Below, piece after piece: positions 50,933-62,893 of a DNA stretch of 64,000 nucleotides. The DNA lies in NCBI GenBank assembly GCA_030295235.1, contig AP026129.1:806001-870000 (forward strand). The letters run 5' to 3'. Made by a program: the position numbers and the translations under genes. Within the stretch, counting starts at the first letter, position 1. Every line of letters starts with the position of its first letter. Below the pieces are notes generated by a model. That model saw only the letters and a program-made list of their open reading frames with translations. It was not told the DNA's origin and did no database searches. Origin of the DNA: Fistulifera solaris (taxonomy: Eukaryota).

Positions 50933-53491
50933 ATGTTTCGTTCTTTACTCACGCATCAGCGTACGCGATGGACTCCTCCGAAACAACGATGGCTTCACTT
51001 GACGCCCCGCGAAATCGATCACTTGCAGTTGCACCAAGCCGGGCGATTGGCACAATATCGTCTGGCCCGTGGTGTTCGTTTGAATGTTCCCGAGGCAGTC
51101 GCATTGATTAGTATGCAAATGATGGAAGACATTCGCAATGGAAAGGCGAGTGTCGCCGAATTAATGAGTAAGGGTCAGTCCTTGTTGGGGCGCAATCAAG
51201 TACAGAAGGGAGTTGATCAACTGATAGAACAAGTGCAAGTGGAAGCATGCTTTCCAGATGGTACCAAACTTCTGACCGTGCATAGTCCCATTGCTCAAGC
51301 GGACGGCAATTTGGTGGCCGCTTTGGAAGGTTCTTTTCTGCCGGTGCCGGAACTATCCGCCTTTGCTCCAGACGATTCGGAAGATTGCGAGGAGTACACG
51401 CCGGGACAAGTTCTCCCCAGCAGTGAAGATGATGTCATTACGTTGAATGCGGGACGCAACCTGATTGAGCTGCCTGTAACCAATACAGGCGACCGACCGA
51501 TTCAGGTCGGTTCACACTATGCCTTTACGGAGACCAACAAAGCATTGCGATTCGATCGACTGGCGGCCAAGAAGAAGCGATTGAACGTACCAGCTGGGGC
51601 CAGTGTTCGTTTCGAGCCAGGTGAAACCAAAAATGTCACACTTTGTGATGTTGGAGGATCACAGATTGTGTTTATGGGCAACCAACTACATCTTTCGAAA
51701 GACGATGCGCAGATGGAAAAGCGCTTGGTGGACGAAGGCTTTCAGCATTCTCCTTTGGAAGGCAAGCCAGCACCAGGAACGGCGTATACGATGAGTCGAT
51801 CGCAGTATGCGGACATGTACGGACCTACCACAGGTGACCAGGTTGTTTTGGGTGATACCTGCTTGAAGATTCAAGTCGAGCACGATTTCACGACGTACGG
51901 TGAGGAATGTAAGTTCGGTGGCGGCAAGACATTGCGCGAAGGAATGGGTCAGTCGACTACTGCGACCGCTGAGGAGGCACTCGACGTTGTGATTACAAAT
52001 GCTCTGATCGTTGATGCGGTCACGGGTATCATTAAGGCCGATGTGGGGATCAAAGGCAATCGCATTGTGGGAATCGGCAAAGCTGGTAACCCAGATATGA
52101 TGGATGGCGTAAATCCAGGCATGATTATTGGAGTCACTACCGACGTGATTGCCGGTGAAACTTTGATCTTGACAGCGGGTGGCATTGACACGCATATTCA
52201 TTGGATTTGTCCCCAGCAAATGCCCGAGGCTATTGCGAGCGGTGTAACTACCATGTTTGGTGGTGGTACAGGACCTTCGGCCGGATCATGTGCTACTACT
52301 TGCACTCCCTCACCTTCGCATATCAAGACTATGTTACAAGCCACCGACTCGTTTCCAATGAATGTCGGATTTAGTGGAAAAGGTAACACAAGTCATGCCG
52401 ACACTTTAGAAAGTGTTCTCCGCGCCGGCGCGAGCGGCTTCAAGTTGCATGAAGATTGGGGAACTACACCAAGCAGTATCGACGCGGCGCTCTCCTTTGC
52501 AGACAAGCATGATGTCGCCATAACCATCCACACGGATACACTCAACGAGTCAGGATTCGTACAGGATTCCATTGCTGCCATGAAAGGACGGACGATTCAC
52601 ACGTATCACACCGAAGGTGCTGGAGGAGGGCATGCTCCTGATATTTTGTGCATAGTCGGACAAAGCAACGTTTTGCCCAGTTCTACGAATCCCACTCGTC
52701 CTTTCACCGTCAATACGATCGACGAGCATTTAGATATGCTCATGGTTTGCCACCACTTAGACAGCCGTATCCCGGAAGATGTTGCTTTTGCAGAATCTCG
52801 AATTCGTGCAGAAACCATTGCTGCGGAAGATATCCTGCAAGATTGGGGAGCCATCAGTATTATCTCCAGTGATAGTCAAGCCATGGGCCGTGTTGGGGAA
52901 GTGATTTCGCGCACATGGCAAACGGCCGACAAGATGAAACGCCAACGCGGTGCTCTTCCAGAAGACGCGTCGAACAACAACGACAACTACCGTGTTAAGC
53001 GATATGTCGCCAAGTACACCATTAATCCGGCTATTGCTCACGGGATGAGTAAAGAAATTGGCAGTGTCGAAGCAGGCAAATGGGCGGATCTTGTGTTGTG
53101 GAAGCCAGCCTATTTTGGTGCCAAGCCTGAAATGATCATTAAAGGAGGTTCGATTGCATATTCACAAATGGGTGACGCGAACGCCAGTATTCCAACCCCA
53201 CAGCCTGTTTTGATGCGTCCCATGTTTGGCGCGAACGTCCCAAGCACTAGCATTGCCTTTGTCAGTGGCGCTGCTGCATCCGCTGGTGTTGGCGAAGAAT
53301 ACGGACTGAAGAAGAATGTAATTGGTGTGAAGAACTGCCGTGATTTGACCAAGCAAGACTTGATGTACAACGACCGCACTCCCGACATCTCAGTCGATGC
53401 AGAGACTTTCCAAGTGCGGGCGGATGGTGAGCTTTTGCGCTGTGACCCAGTCACTAAAGTTCCATTGGGACAGCGGTTCTTCCTCTTCTAA
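50933..53491 (+). CDS. URE: Urease, single-chain gamma-beta-alpha fusion, with an N-terminal mitochondrial-type presequence
   Basis: [90 protein letters not shown]. Intact and intronless. Confidence 0.98.
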   Translation: MFRSLLTHQRTRWTPPKQRWLHLTPREIDHLQLHQAGRLAQYRLARGVRLNVPEAVALISMQMMEDIRNGKASVAELMSKGQSLLGRNQVQKGVDQLIEQVQVEACFPDGTKLLTVHSPIAQADGNLVAALEGSFLPVPELSAFAPDDSEDCEEYTPGQVLPSSEDDVITLNAGRNLIELPVTNTGDRPIQVGSHYAFTETNKALRFDRLAAKKKRLNVPAGASVRFEPGETKNVTLCDVGGSQIVFMGNQLHLSKDDAQMEKRLVDEGFQHSPLEGKPAPGTAYTMSRSQYADMYGPTTGDQVVLGDTCLKIQVEHDFTTYGEECKFGGGKTLREGMGQSTTATAEEALDVVITNALIVDAVTGIIKADVGIKGNRIVGIGKAGNPDMMDGVNPGMIIGVTTDVIAGETLILTAGGIDTHIHWICPQQMPEAIASGVTTMFGGGTGPSAGSCATTCTPSPSHIKTMLQATDSFPMNVGFSGKGNTSHADTLESVLRAGASGFKLHEDWGTTPSSIDAALSFADKHDVAITIHTDTLNESGFVQDSIAAMKGRTIHTYHTEGAGGGHAPDILCIVGQSNVLPSSTNPTRPFTVNTIDEHLDMLMVCHHLDSRIPEDVAFAESRIRAETIAAEDILQDWGAISIISSDSQAMGRVGEVISRTWQTADKMKRQRGALPEDASNNNDNYRVKRYVAKYTINPAIAHGMSKEIGSVEAGKWADLVLWKPAYFGAKPEMIIKGGSIAYSQMGDANASIPTPQPVLMRPMFGANVPSTSIAFVSGAAASAGVGEEYGLKKNVIGVKNCRDLTKQDLMYNDRTPDISVDAETFQVRADGELLRCDPVTKVPLGQRFFLF

Positions 53492-53550
53492 AATGTTTGT
53501 TCGAAAGTAAGTTCAATGATTCGGCTAAAATTGTCTACTTTTGTTTTAAA

Positions 53551-54153
53551 TTATGGCCTATCAGTTGTTGTTGATTTCGACGATGATTCGTCTTTTGAAG
53601 AACTTTCTCCTCGCAACGCTCGATTGTAGATTTGACTGAAAGTAGCAAAAAAGTCAACTGTTATACTCCCTATTACTGGATGAAGACCACCTCTTTTGCG
53701 GTGATTTCTTCCTCCATGCTCAACGACCACGTCACTCTCTTCTGCCACAGATCGAGCGGCAACTCCTTCTTCGTAAGCTGTACCGTCATTCTCATCCTCG
53801 TCTTCACCATAAAGGAAACAATCTTCAGAGTAGTCTATTGGATGCCAAGCTAATATGAGAAATATGCGGCAAATATGTGCTGCCTGGCACTCATTGGTTA
53901 CTTCGTGAAATTCGCCCGGCTTTGTAGGCGATTCCAGCCAAATGCGGCCGGGTGGAACAAGATTGTAAAGTTGGTCGAGAACTGTACGTCCTAGTAGTTG
54001 TTGAGCCTCCATGGAAGATTGATTTTTGTAATCGTCCTTGTATTTTTCGATTAGCTGTTCGAAGTGAAATGCGCTTGGCATGGAGGCATTCGAAATGCGA
54101 CCTTCTTGCGTGACATATACATCATTGCCTTGCGCAACCGGCAACGAAGACAT
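53551..54153 (-). CDS. Hypothetical protein, degenerate DUF6824-like domain
   Basis: 200-aa ATG ORF. The pattern NDV....GR.......F..LI..Y..DY.......V......PPGR.......F.EV resembles this diatom-expanded domain. Confidence 0.55.
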   Translation of the reverse strand: MSSLPVAQGNDVYVTQEGRISNASMPSAFHFEQLIEKYKDDYKNQSSMEAQQLLGRTVLDQLYNLVPPGRIWLESPTKPGEFHEVTNECQAAHICRIFLILAWHPIDYSEDCFLYGEDEDENDGTAYEEGVAARSVAEESDVVVEHGGRNHRKRGGLHPVIGSITVDFFATFSQIYNRALRGESSSKDESSSKSTTTDRP

Positions 54154-54795
54154 CCTATCGATGATTTCAAATTCGAAAGTGGCAGGAGAGATAGAATCAC
54201 TTCTTCCTTCGCAATGGCAGATTTACCTCTTACCCATTTGCTATTTGCTCTATGCTTTTGTGTGACCTAACTTTGCTCGAACAACGCAAAAATCAAAGCT
54301 TTCGACTTTCGATGTGCTTTCTGTTTAAACTTAAACATACACAGTAGAGGTTGAAGTAGTCTTGCATTCGTCATCGTCACTCAATGTCCATGACCTGTTT
54401 CGACTACAATTGCGGCTATACCGAGCTTCCACTTTCTAAAGTCCAACTTCCAGAAGCATGATTGTTTCCACTTATTACTTTGATTTTCGGAGACACGCAT
54501 GCACCACGCAACTGCAAAATCTAGTAGTGACTCACTCCTCACTCCTCAGTACTGTGAATACTGAATGACTGAATCAAGAAACGTGAACGGATACGGATAG
54601 CTTGACTGGTTCTGTAAAACGACAAAACACTTCCCAAACACGTTAAGGTTAGAACTAACCTAAAAAGGCTCACGAGAACAAATAATGAAGCAAAACCGAT
54701 CTTTTCACTTTTAACGGCTTGTCGTTGCAGCTGAAAAAAAACACAAGATTATTTCTGTTTCCTCGTCTCCTGCCATTTTGTATATCAAGCGAAAA

Positions 54796-55566
54796 ATGAT
54801 AGCTAGCTTTCGAAACGGTAACACTAAAACGCTGGCAGTGTGGCTGCAAAAGTGCCAACAACGCTCTCACTATTCATACCGAGGACCGGGTCGGTACAGT
54901 CGCACCTTGGCGGTGCGAGAACGTCTTTGGAAAGAGCGCGATTTCAAAGAACGTGGCTTTACCGTAGGAATCGGTGGACCGGTCGGATCGGGAAAAACTC
55001 ATCTCGTATTGGCATTATGTCAACAAATGGATATTGCCGGCGTCGTGACAAATGATATCTTTACTGACGAAGATGCCAACTTCTTGACGCACAAAGAAGC
55101 CTTGCCGGCCGATCGGATTCGTGCCGTAGAAACCGGCGGATGTCCTCATGCTGCCATTCGAGAAGATGTGAGCATGAACTTATCGGCATTGGAAGAACTC
55201 ACGTCGTCCATTCCGGACGAGCCCCAGGCCAATCGACTGCTCTTGTGCGAATCGGGTGGTGACAATCTGGCGGCCAATTTCTCAGCGGAATTGGCTGATT
55301 TGATGATTTATGTCATTGATGTAGCCGGAGGTACGAAAGTGCCGCGCAAAGGCGGCCCAGGCGTTTGTGAGTCGGATCTGTTGGTCATTAACAAGTCGGA
55401 TATCGCCGAGGCCGTGAATTCGGATCTCGACGTCATGTACTCTGATGCTACCCGAATGCGAGGTGAAGAAGGAAAAGTGGTATTGGCTTCCGTCAAATAT
55501 GGCAAAGGAATGCAGGATATTCAAGATTTTATTTGGAAGAATTATCAGCATGCCATGTCACTATGA
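54796..55566 (+). CDS. ureG: Urease accessory GTPase UreG with a presequence-like N-terminus
   Basis: [61 protein letters not shown]. Confidence 0.96.
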   Translation: MIASFRNGNTKTLAVWLQKCQQRSHYSYRGPGRYSRTLAVRERLWKERDFKERGFTVGIGGPVGSGKTHLVLALCQQMDIAGVVTNDIFTDEDANFLTHKEALPADRIRAVETGGCPHAAIREDVSMNLSALEELTSSIPDEPQANRLLLCESGGDNLAANFSAELADLMIYVIDVAGGTKVPRKGGPGVCESDLLVINKSDIAEAVNSDLDVMYSDATRMRGEEGKVVLASVKYGKGMQDIQDFIWKNYQHAMSL

Positions 55567-55853
55567 GGAGCACACGAAAGAGTGCAGCTTGCTCAGAAAT
55601 TGTAACGCAAAGTTCGAAGTATAGTTGCAAAGGACACGAATCACAAACGTGGCTCTTACTGGCTGCGTGTGCATCTCTAATGTGCAACATTCTGTATACG
55701 TAGTACTGTATTTATTGAACATCTAAAACAGTCAATCGAAAAGGCTCATCGTGTTACCCTAGCTATTCAAACTAGTCCACAAGGTAGTATTGCGCGTTCA
55801 GATCTTCTAATCTCCATCAAAGTTGCTAGTCACTACAAGCAAAAAGCCGCCGT

Positions 55854-56444
55854 CTACGACTCACCGTACTTATCACGAAACGTCGAGATGGAAGTCCCCG
55901 ACTTTGCGGCAGCGGCGTTCACTTGCGGTTTCCAATTGGGGTCATTTTCACGCACATACTTGTCGGCTTGAATTTGGGCTGCTGTACGTTTCCGCGCTTC
56001 ACGGGCTTCTTGCTTTTCCCGTTCTAATTTCTGTTCGGCCAGCAGACGTGCTTTTTGTTTCTCGGTCAAAGGCGCCTGTGAGGTATTCGTGGTGGCCGCT
56101 TTTGGAACAAGCACGGAAACGCGTTGAAATGCACCAGCAATCAGTGCCACGACACTATCGAGTCCCTCAGGGACTGTAGTGACCTTCAGCATATCTTCAT
56201 TCTCGACGGTAATTCGAGAAAAGCCGGCAACTTGTGTCAAAAGCATCATGATGGTGGGATACCGAGTCACATTTTGAATTTTAGCATTTCCTAAACGCAA
56301 TGATCGAAACTTTTCATCATCCTTGGTCGCGAGATTGTGTAAAATGGTTTGCAGCATTTTTAAAACATTCGACTTTTCGCTTACGCTGACATTCACGTCA
56401 TGCTCAAATGTACTAATCAAGGCAGCCGCTTGAGTCATCTGCAT
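55854..56444 (-). CDS. PUB-domain protein (p97/Cdc48-binding type) with C-terminal coiled coil
   Basis: L.TILHNL....DEKFRSLRLGNAKIQ...LL..AGF, followed by a charged helix EQKLEREKQEAREARKR...IQADK..R. Confidence 0.75.
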   Translation of the reverse strand: MQMTQAAALISTFEHDVNVSVSEKSNVLKMLQTILHNLATKDDEKFRSLRLGNAKIQNVTRYPTIMMLLTQVAGFSRITVENEDMLKVTTVPEGLDSVVALIAGAFQRVSVLVPKAATTNTSQAPLTEKQKARLLAEQKLEREKQEAREARKRTAAQIQADKYVRENDPNWKPQVNAAAAKSGTSISTFRDKYGES

Positions 56445-56826
56445 ATTAGTAAAGAGAACCAGACCAGCGGCAAATAAGAGATTGTTTGCCTTCAAGGGAA
56501 GTATGAAAACACGCTCACGACGTCCTTTCGTTTTGATGCGAGAGTTGAAAAAAGTGCGTTGCGTTTGCTATTCGAATTCCGACGTGATGCGGAAAGAAGA
56601 AGAATGGGGACGAATTTTGAGTCTTTTGAAATGCGGGCCAGCCTACTTTTCGTTTTATAGACAAAACAGGCCTCAGTCCCGTCACAGGTTGATAGGCAGA
56701 GGTCTAATGTCTAATCACCACCTGGGACCCCCGAGACTAATCAAAATCAAATTATTTCAACCATAAATCATTTAGTCGGAGTGTAAATGCTAGAGACTTA
56801 TCACCCGTTACTCTCGTTGTCGGCGC

Positions 56827-58331
56827 TTACAAACTCTTCTTATCACCCGGATTTAGGAGAAACTCCTGGATTGTTTCGGCCGTCACATCCGTTTGGTTGC
56901 TAACATAGTAAGTTCCGCCGTTCGGGACGTCGACAAGAGCTAAGACAGGTGTTTCCGATGGGGGCCCAAGTTTCAATGTGTCTCGCAAGATAGTGACCAA
57001 CCCGCCAGAAGACGTCGCCCAATAGAACCGTAGACTCTTATCCGCTTTGCTATTCTCTGCAGCTGTTTGAAGCGCTTCTCGAATGTCATCTTGTTCCGAA
57101 TCATCGCCAGCCTCATGAAACACCACAACGCACCTCTGTTGGTTGATGGCATTGCCAGCACTGTTCAGGTCGCCGTACATTTTCGGATAATAGGGAAAAT
57201 CCGAAATGTAATCGCCGTTTTGAATCACATCACGAACATTGTCGCTGATGACTTCTCGTTCGGGGCTTAACATGATAAGAGCCGGAATACCCCGAACACC
57301 CAAGCGAGCGGATAACGCCGCCTTGACTTGTCGTTCGTTGTAGGGAATCGCACCAAAGGACATGGACCCCCAATACTCATCAAAACCTGCTTGATCGCGA
57401 TCCGAACTGACAAACAGGAGCTTCAAAAGACAACCAAAGAACATAATTGATACTTCCATACGATCAAATTCAACCCGTCAGTCACATATCCATGATGAAA
57501 CGTACCTCGAAATCCTGACGTTGTTGTTTCAAAGCCGTGTAAGCCTTGGAAAGAACCGGCGTGAATCGCTGGCACGGTGGACACCAATGTGCACTAAAGT
57601 AAAGCATAAGGTATTTTCCATCCAAATCAGACATTGGGACAGCTTCTTTGTTCGAATCGAGATAGAAGCCGGGCAATAGATCCGCAATCGGTTGAGGTCT
57701 CCAGGGAAAATCCTCGGCACGTGTTGACAGTTCTCCCACACCATCTAGAGTTAAAGAGTGCCGTCGGTGTCCACCGCGACCAAATGGGGAATACCTTGCG
57801 CTTCATAGCGACTCGCCAACGGACCCATGGCTGGAGATTGGTGCGGCAAGCAGTACCAAGGCATCTCACCGGCGTATCCTTTGTATTCCTCGGCGGTCCG
57901 ATCCATCGAGCAGAAGACTATCTCAAAGTCCTCGGAGTCCGTTTGTTGCTCTTTGCGTTTTTGATAAAACTCCTTCAGCATAGGAGTGAAACGACGGCAA
58001 GCTACAAGAGAGGAGAAGAAAGGGTAGACGAACGGGTGTGTGAGAGTGAGAGGGAGAGTTAATAACCGATGTCGCTGCATCCTTTGCATGCTCTTTTGTG
58101 AGTCCATTATACGTACGTCCACACCAATGTGCCGAAAAGTAAAACAAAACCTAGAGAAGCATGGGAAAATTGAGCAAAAGAGCAGTGTTTAGCCTCCATA
58201 TCCCCTATCGTACTCACAACTTTGTTGGCTAAGATCTCGATCGGTGCAACATGTTTGTCCAACGATGGACTCCACAAAATTGTGTCCTTTCCCAATAAAT
58301 CAATAATTTCTTGATTCGTCACCGTCGTCAT
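56827..58331 (-). CDS. Nucleoredoxin/tryparedoxin-like protein with two active thioredoxin domains, multi-exon
   Basis: Splicing gives YFSAHWCGPCRRFTP. Second domain YFSAHWCPPCQRFTP. FEIVFCSMDR, GIPHLV, FPWRP, VRGIPAL. T-run indel near 57752. Confidence 0.9.
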
Positions 58332-58857
58332 GTTCTCGTAATATGAGTCGATCCAGATCGTCAATTCTTTTTATCAAATGAAAGTTCTTCTGCTATTGTG
58401 CAATCTACGTAGACATTTGTGAACCAGTTGCCATGGTCGCATGCGCCAGTTGTACTTATTTTTTTTGCTGCACCGCATGTGTGTGCGTATTGAATTCGCA
58501 CGACTGAGTATCAGTCGTGAGCCATGAACTTTTCTATGCCGTAAAATCGTTGCTTCTCGCATCAGCGATGGTTTTAGACTATTCCTTTTCCCATGTAAGC
58601 TTTCATCCATACTCTGCAGCACTCCGCTATCTACATATAATAGCATAAAGGGATTTCTGATTGAACTTTTTGCGAACAGATCCTCGAATGGAAGCCCCAT
58701 TTTATGAGTCCATACCCTTTTACTTCTGCTTGTATCTCTAGTTTGATGAAGAAAAAGACAAATAGAATAAATTTTATGGTATAAGCTGCATTTCAACGAG
58801 CAACAATTCAACCACGATAACCTACGTCAAAAATTCTTTCAGATCATGCACTCCAAT

Positions 58858-59263
58858 AATATCCCGGGACTGTCAATGAGTCGAGTCGGAAGTCGTCACC
58901 CCAACACTTGTTGAACTACATCTTTAGAACTACAACATTAGACAACAAAAATAAAACCGGTCCATTTACGACAAAGGGAAGAGATATCTCCAAAAGACAA
59001 GAGTTGAGAAGTGTGTTTAGGTGTAAAGCTTCAATGAGGTAGAGTATAGAGAGGAAGTCGCAAAATATCCGGGACTGTAAATGAGTTGAGTCGGAAGTCG
59101 TCCCCCACTTACACTTTGCGAGTTCATAAATATTTGATGGGGGTGATCCTTCTACATACCAAACTGCGATTGACGTAATTCATCTCTACAATATCATCCA
59201 CCAATCATGCCACAGGTTCCATCCACGACAAAGTGAAGAGGTATCTCTAAAAGTCATGAGTCA
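58858..59263. repeat. Degenerate non-coding tandem duplication (about 58858-59007 and 59064-59263)
   Basis: Shared blocks AATATCC(C)GGGACTGT.AATGAGT.GAGTCGGAAGTCGTC and ACGACAAAG.GAAGAG.TATCTC.AAAAG. Confidence 0.8.
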
Positions 59264-59453
59264 ATAATACTGGGGTAGTTCACTAGCTGCATTCTAGCTT
59301 CAACTCGGTCAGCGACAGAGAATAAAAACCTATTTTCTTAGGTACCAAATACAAATCTTCCTTTCTTCTGAGGCTCACTTGGGGCTTTAAGCAACGTTTC
59401 TTTGATCGTACCTTCGAACCAGGAAACCGGTTTGTAAACAACAACCATTCCGC

Positions 59454-60113
59454 TTAAAGCTCTTCTCTATCAGAGCCTTTTTTCGCTTTCAAAACTGACT
59501 TCATCAAACTCAACGACGTGGTGCGTTCCGTCTGGAACGCATGGAACTCTTCTTCCATTCGCTTTTTGGTAACAGTGTAATCTTGCTCGGAGGCAGTAAG
59601 TTCTTCGCTGACTTGTTTGATTTTCTGTTCCAAGTCATTTTCACTCATCTCTTGATATGCCTTTAGAAGCTCCTTTTGCTCAGCTGTGCAAACGTCCTGG
59701 TTCGCCGCACTGCAGAGTGGCTTCAAATTGGTCTGCACAAATAGTTGGAGAGAATCCAAATCACGTTTGCCAGCATACTTCTCCAAATTGCCACTCGGGT
59801 CACCGTAAAACAGCGTCGGATAACCCTTGACCCCGTACTTTTGCAGAACGCTTGCATCGTGTCGTTGGCGGAACATTCGACATCACCAATCACATAATAG
59901 GGATTTCCTTCGTGAGCTTTCATGAGCTCGTCCCAGGCGGGCTTCATTTTCTTACAATGACCGCACCAAGAGGCGAAAAACTTGACAAAGACCGACTTGC
60001 CGGAAGTGACTTCATCCCAATTATCGGGGGTGAGATTCACGGCAAACACCTCCGGGGAGACGGCACACTGCGCTGAGGAGCAACAGAGTGAAATGAGAAG
60101 AATTGATCTTCAT
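59454..60113 (-). CDS. ER protein disulfide isomerase-like protein (single thioredoxin domain plus coiled coil)
   Basis: Signal peptide, VKFFASWCGHCKKMKPAW, GVKGYPTL, C-terminal REEL. Indels near 60060 and 59840. Confidence 0.88.
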
Positions 60114-60539
60114 TGTGTGTTTGGCTTGTAATGACAATCCTAATGCATACGATCCACTCGGAATCTTTGTCCTTCGTCCTTCTCGCGCCGCAACGCGTGC
60201 CGCTGTATTGGTCTATCCGAGTACCGCTTGCAAAACCGTCCATACGTCGCACCAATACTGGATGATGCCCTAAACTAAGGTTGATGAAGTCTTGGTACCA
60301 GTATAGATAGGCAAACCTGTAAGGATCTAGTCGCTAAGAAGGTAATGCTACGAAAAATATAACTTGCTGCGAAATGGGGACATGGTAGAGGCGTCCTCGT
60401 ATGTTAGGAGGCATTTCCAGTCTTTACCACGATCAGAGTGATATCCGCTAAATTCACATGATAAGTTGACATTCAACAACATGATCGGAAATATACTCGC
60501 CATGAAAGATTCCCACAATATCAACCCTGTAGCAAGGTG

Positions 60540-61543
60540 TCATTGATTCTGAGCTCCACCATAGCTTTCTTTCACCAGCTTGGCTGTTTCCGATAGCCGA
60601 TTCTCCCTCGCGCGCCCCACAAGCTTACTTGCCGTATACATAGCATGTTGCTCGGTCATAAACTTCCAAACTAGCTCAAGACTATTGAACTTTTGTCGCA
60701 ACCCTGATATTGACTTCAACGAAGACGCTTCTTTTACCTGCCGCGCCGCAATAGCGTCTTTCCCCAAACCCTTGTCGGGTGATTGCAAAAATAGTAGATT
60801 GTAACCAGCGTTGTCCAATCCAAAAATCCATTCAAAAATTGCTTTTGTACGGTGCATGTGAAACTGCAAAAAAGAGGGCTTGTGAGAGAAGTTACCGACA
60901 TGAATGGCGACCAACAAGACACGCACTTTGTTGGTTATAACAAGCAAATTTCTCCACCCATTGATATCCGTATGACTTGTCCTCGCAAAGAAAGCGTTCC
61001 CAATAGTATCAAAAGATGTTGTTTCGACGTATACATTTTTTATCAGGAAATATTTCTCTTCCAGATAAGCAGCACAGGAGGTGGATTCAAATACGGGAAG
61101 TCCATCGGTAGAAAGCAATTGCGGTAAATGCTTTGTTCCAGCCGAAAGACATAATATTGGTAATGTGCTTCGACTTGATCGGCGTCGCCGTGAACGGCTG
61201 CCAGCGGCGGAATCGGTGATATTTCGATGCCGTTGCACAATGGCAGCGCCATCGTCGCATCGCCGCTGCACATATCGCGGAGGTTTATCTAGTGCTGACG
61301 GGACCCCGCCCCCAATATAAGTACAGCGTCCAACGACCGAATAATGGAGTCAGATATTTCATCCACGCTATTGTAAAGCGACTTTTGATCAACAGAAGCT
61401 GTCGGCATTTCAATGTAAGAGGCGATACCTAACAAGGAAATTATGCCGACAAAGCCCATCATGGCCGCCAAAATGCCTCGAAAGGATTTGTCAGTTGCAA
61501 CGTTCCCTTTTTCCTTGATTCGACGTAATCGAGAACGCGACAT
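60540..61543 (-). CDS. DUF218/YdcF-like protein with an N-terminal membrane anchor
   Basis: DAVLILG(GG), LSAGT.H, ESTSCAAYL, ETTSFDTIGNAFFAR, ITNK|FHMHRT across a short intron. G-run indel near 61310. Confidence 0.8.
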
Positions 61544-62893
61544 CTAGATACATTGATTATGGCAAACGCATTGAAACAGCTTCTTGCGTTGAAATGGTGT
61601 CAAGTGTCGAAAAGTCAAAAAGCCGCGACGCGCTTGTAACTTCGTCTGCTCTTCGTCTGTTCCTTTTCGATGGGTGTAGTGCTTTTAGCCCTAACCCGGG
61701 GATACGATATTGGCCCTATCCTATCCAGGGATTTGGGAATATTGCATCTCAAAAATGTACTTTGTACACCCGCTACCCTCTACGTCAGAAATTGGCAGTC
61801 GTTCGGCAGTTTATTAGAGAGGGACGAGGGACAGAATCATCAGCGGAAAGCGGAAAGCGGAAGGAGAACAAATCCAGAGAGAGGATTTCGGATTTTTAGG
61901 ATTTGGTTTGTCGCTCTACCTGGTACTGCTAAGTGCGGTATAGTCATAGTGACTCCTCATCAATGGGTGTCTCAGGTCTAAGGCGACAGACAACAAGCCA
62001 CAAGCCACAGAAACAAGGGACAAGTCGTCCGAATCGTATTTGTGGACATTCGTTTATTCGTGTATTCAAGCAACAGTAGTAAAAAAATTAAACTGCAGAC
62101 CATGCTGTGAAATTGAGACTGGATTTTAGTATAACAGACTACAAATAAATTCCAAGTACTGTACAAAAGTCCTAATCCCAACGCCCAATTGATCCGAGAC
62201 CCGAGACCCGAGATCCAAGATCTTTGTTTCTCCGTTCTCCGTTCTCCGCCCCCGCCCTCCGCCTCCCGCCTCCTATCCCCGATTGTCGATTGTACTCGAG
62301 TAAAAGAGTTTCGTATCGGGGCACTGTACAAGTACTTGTATTGTTGCTTAAGAACCATCAAACCTCAAAAAACAAACTAGTACGAACTCGTTAAAATCGG
62401 TGGTCGCAGTGGAAGTTAACGTGGGACCGGTAGTCTCTCAACGACGTAGACTGACTTTATCGTAAGTTATGTCATTTACCTCGTAATCTCTTAAGTCGTA
62501 CCTTGCTAAGTTGTAAGTTTTCGTGGACGATGTCAAACCGTCAACAAACCTAACCTCTAACCTATAACCGAAAGGAAGAACAAGAGTCAGTTTTGCACTT
62601 GGACTTTCGACTTCGACGTGCGGTTCCTACAGCCAACAGTCAACAGTACTAGATCTTCGGACAAATATCATTATCGTGTAACGTGTATCGTGCCTATGAA
62701 CGTCTAACATTATAGCGGTCTACTTGTCCGTTGCTATGCGTCTCAAGTCTCAAGTCTCAACGCCAGCGCAATACCGTACAAGTACAAGCCATTTATACTC
62801 CGCAAAAGTTATCGCCTGACCTCCCGAATGCCGATGGGCTGCTACTTGTAAAATTTCGATCAGATAATCCGCATTTTTAGGACAGAAAGGACA

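Noticed and set aside
59454..60113. Selenoprotein version of the PDI-like or nucleoredoxin genes
   Set aside because: Active sites are encoded by Cys codons (WCGHC, WCGPC, WCPPC); no in-frame TGA.
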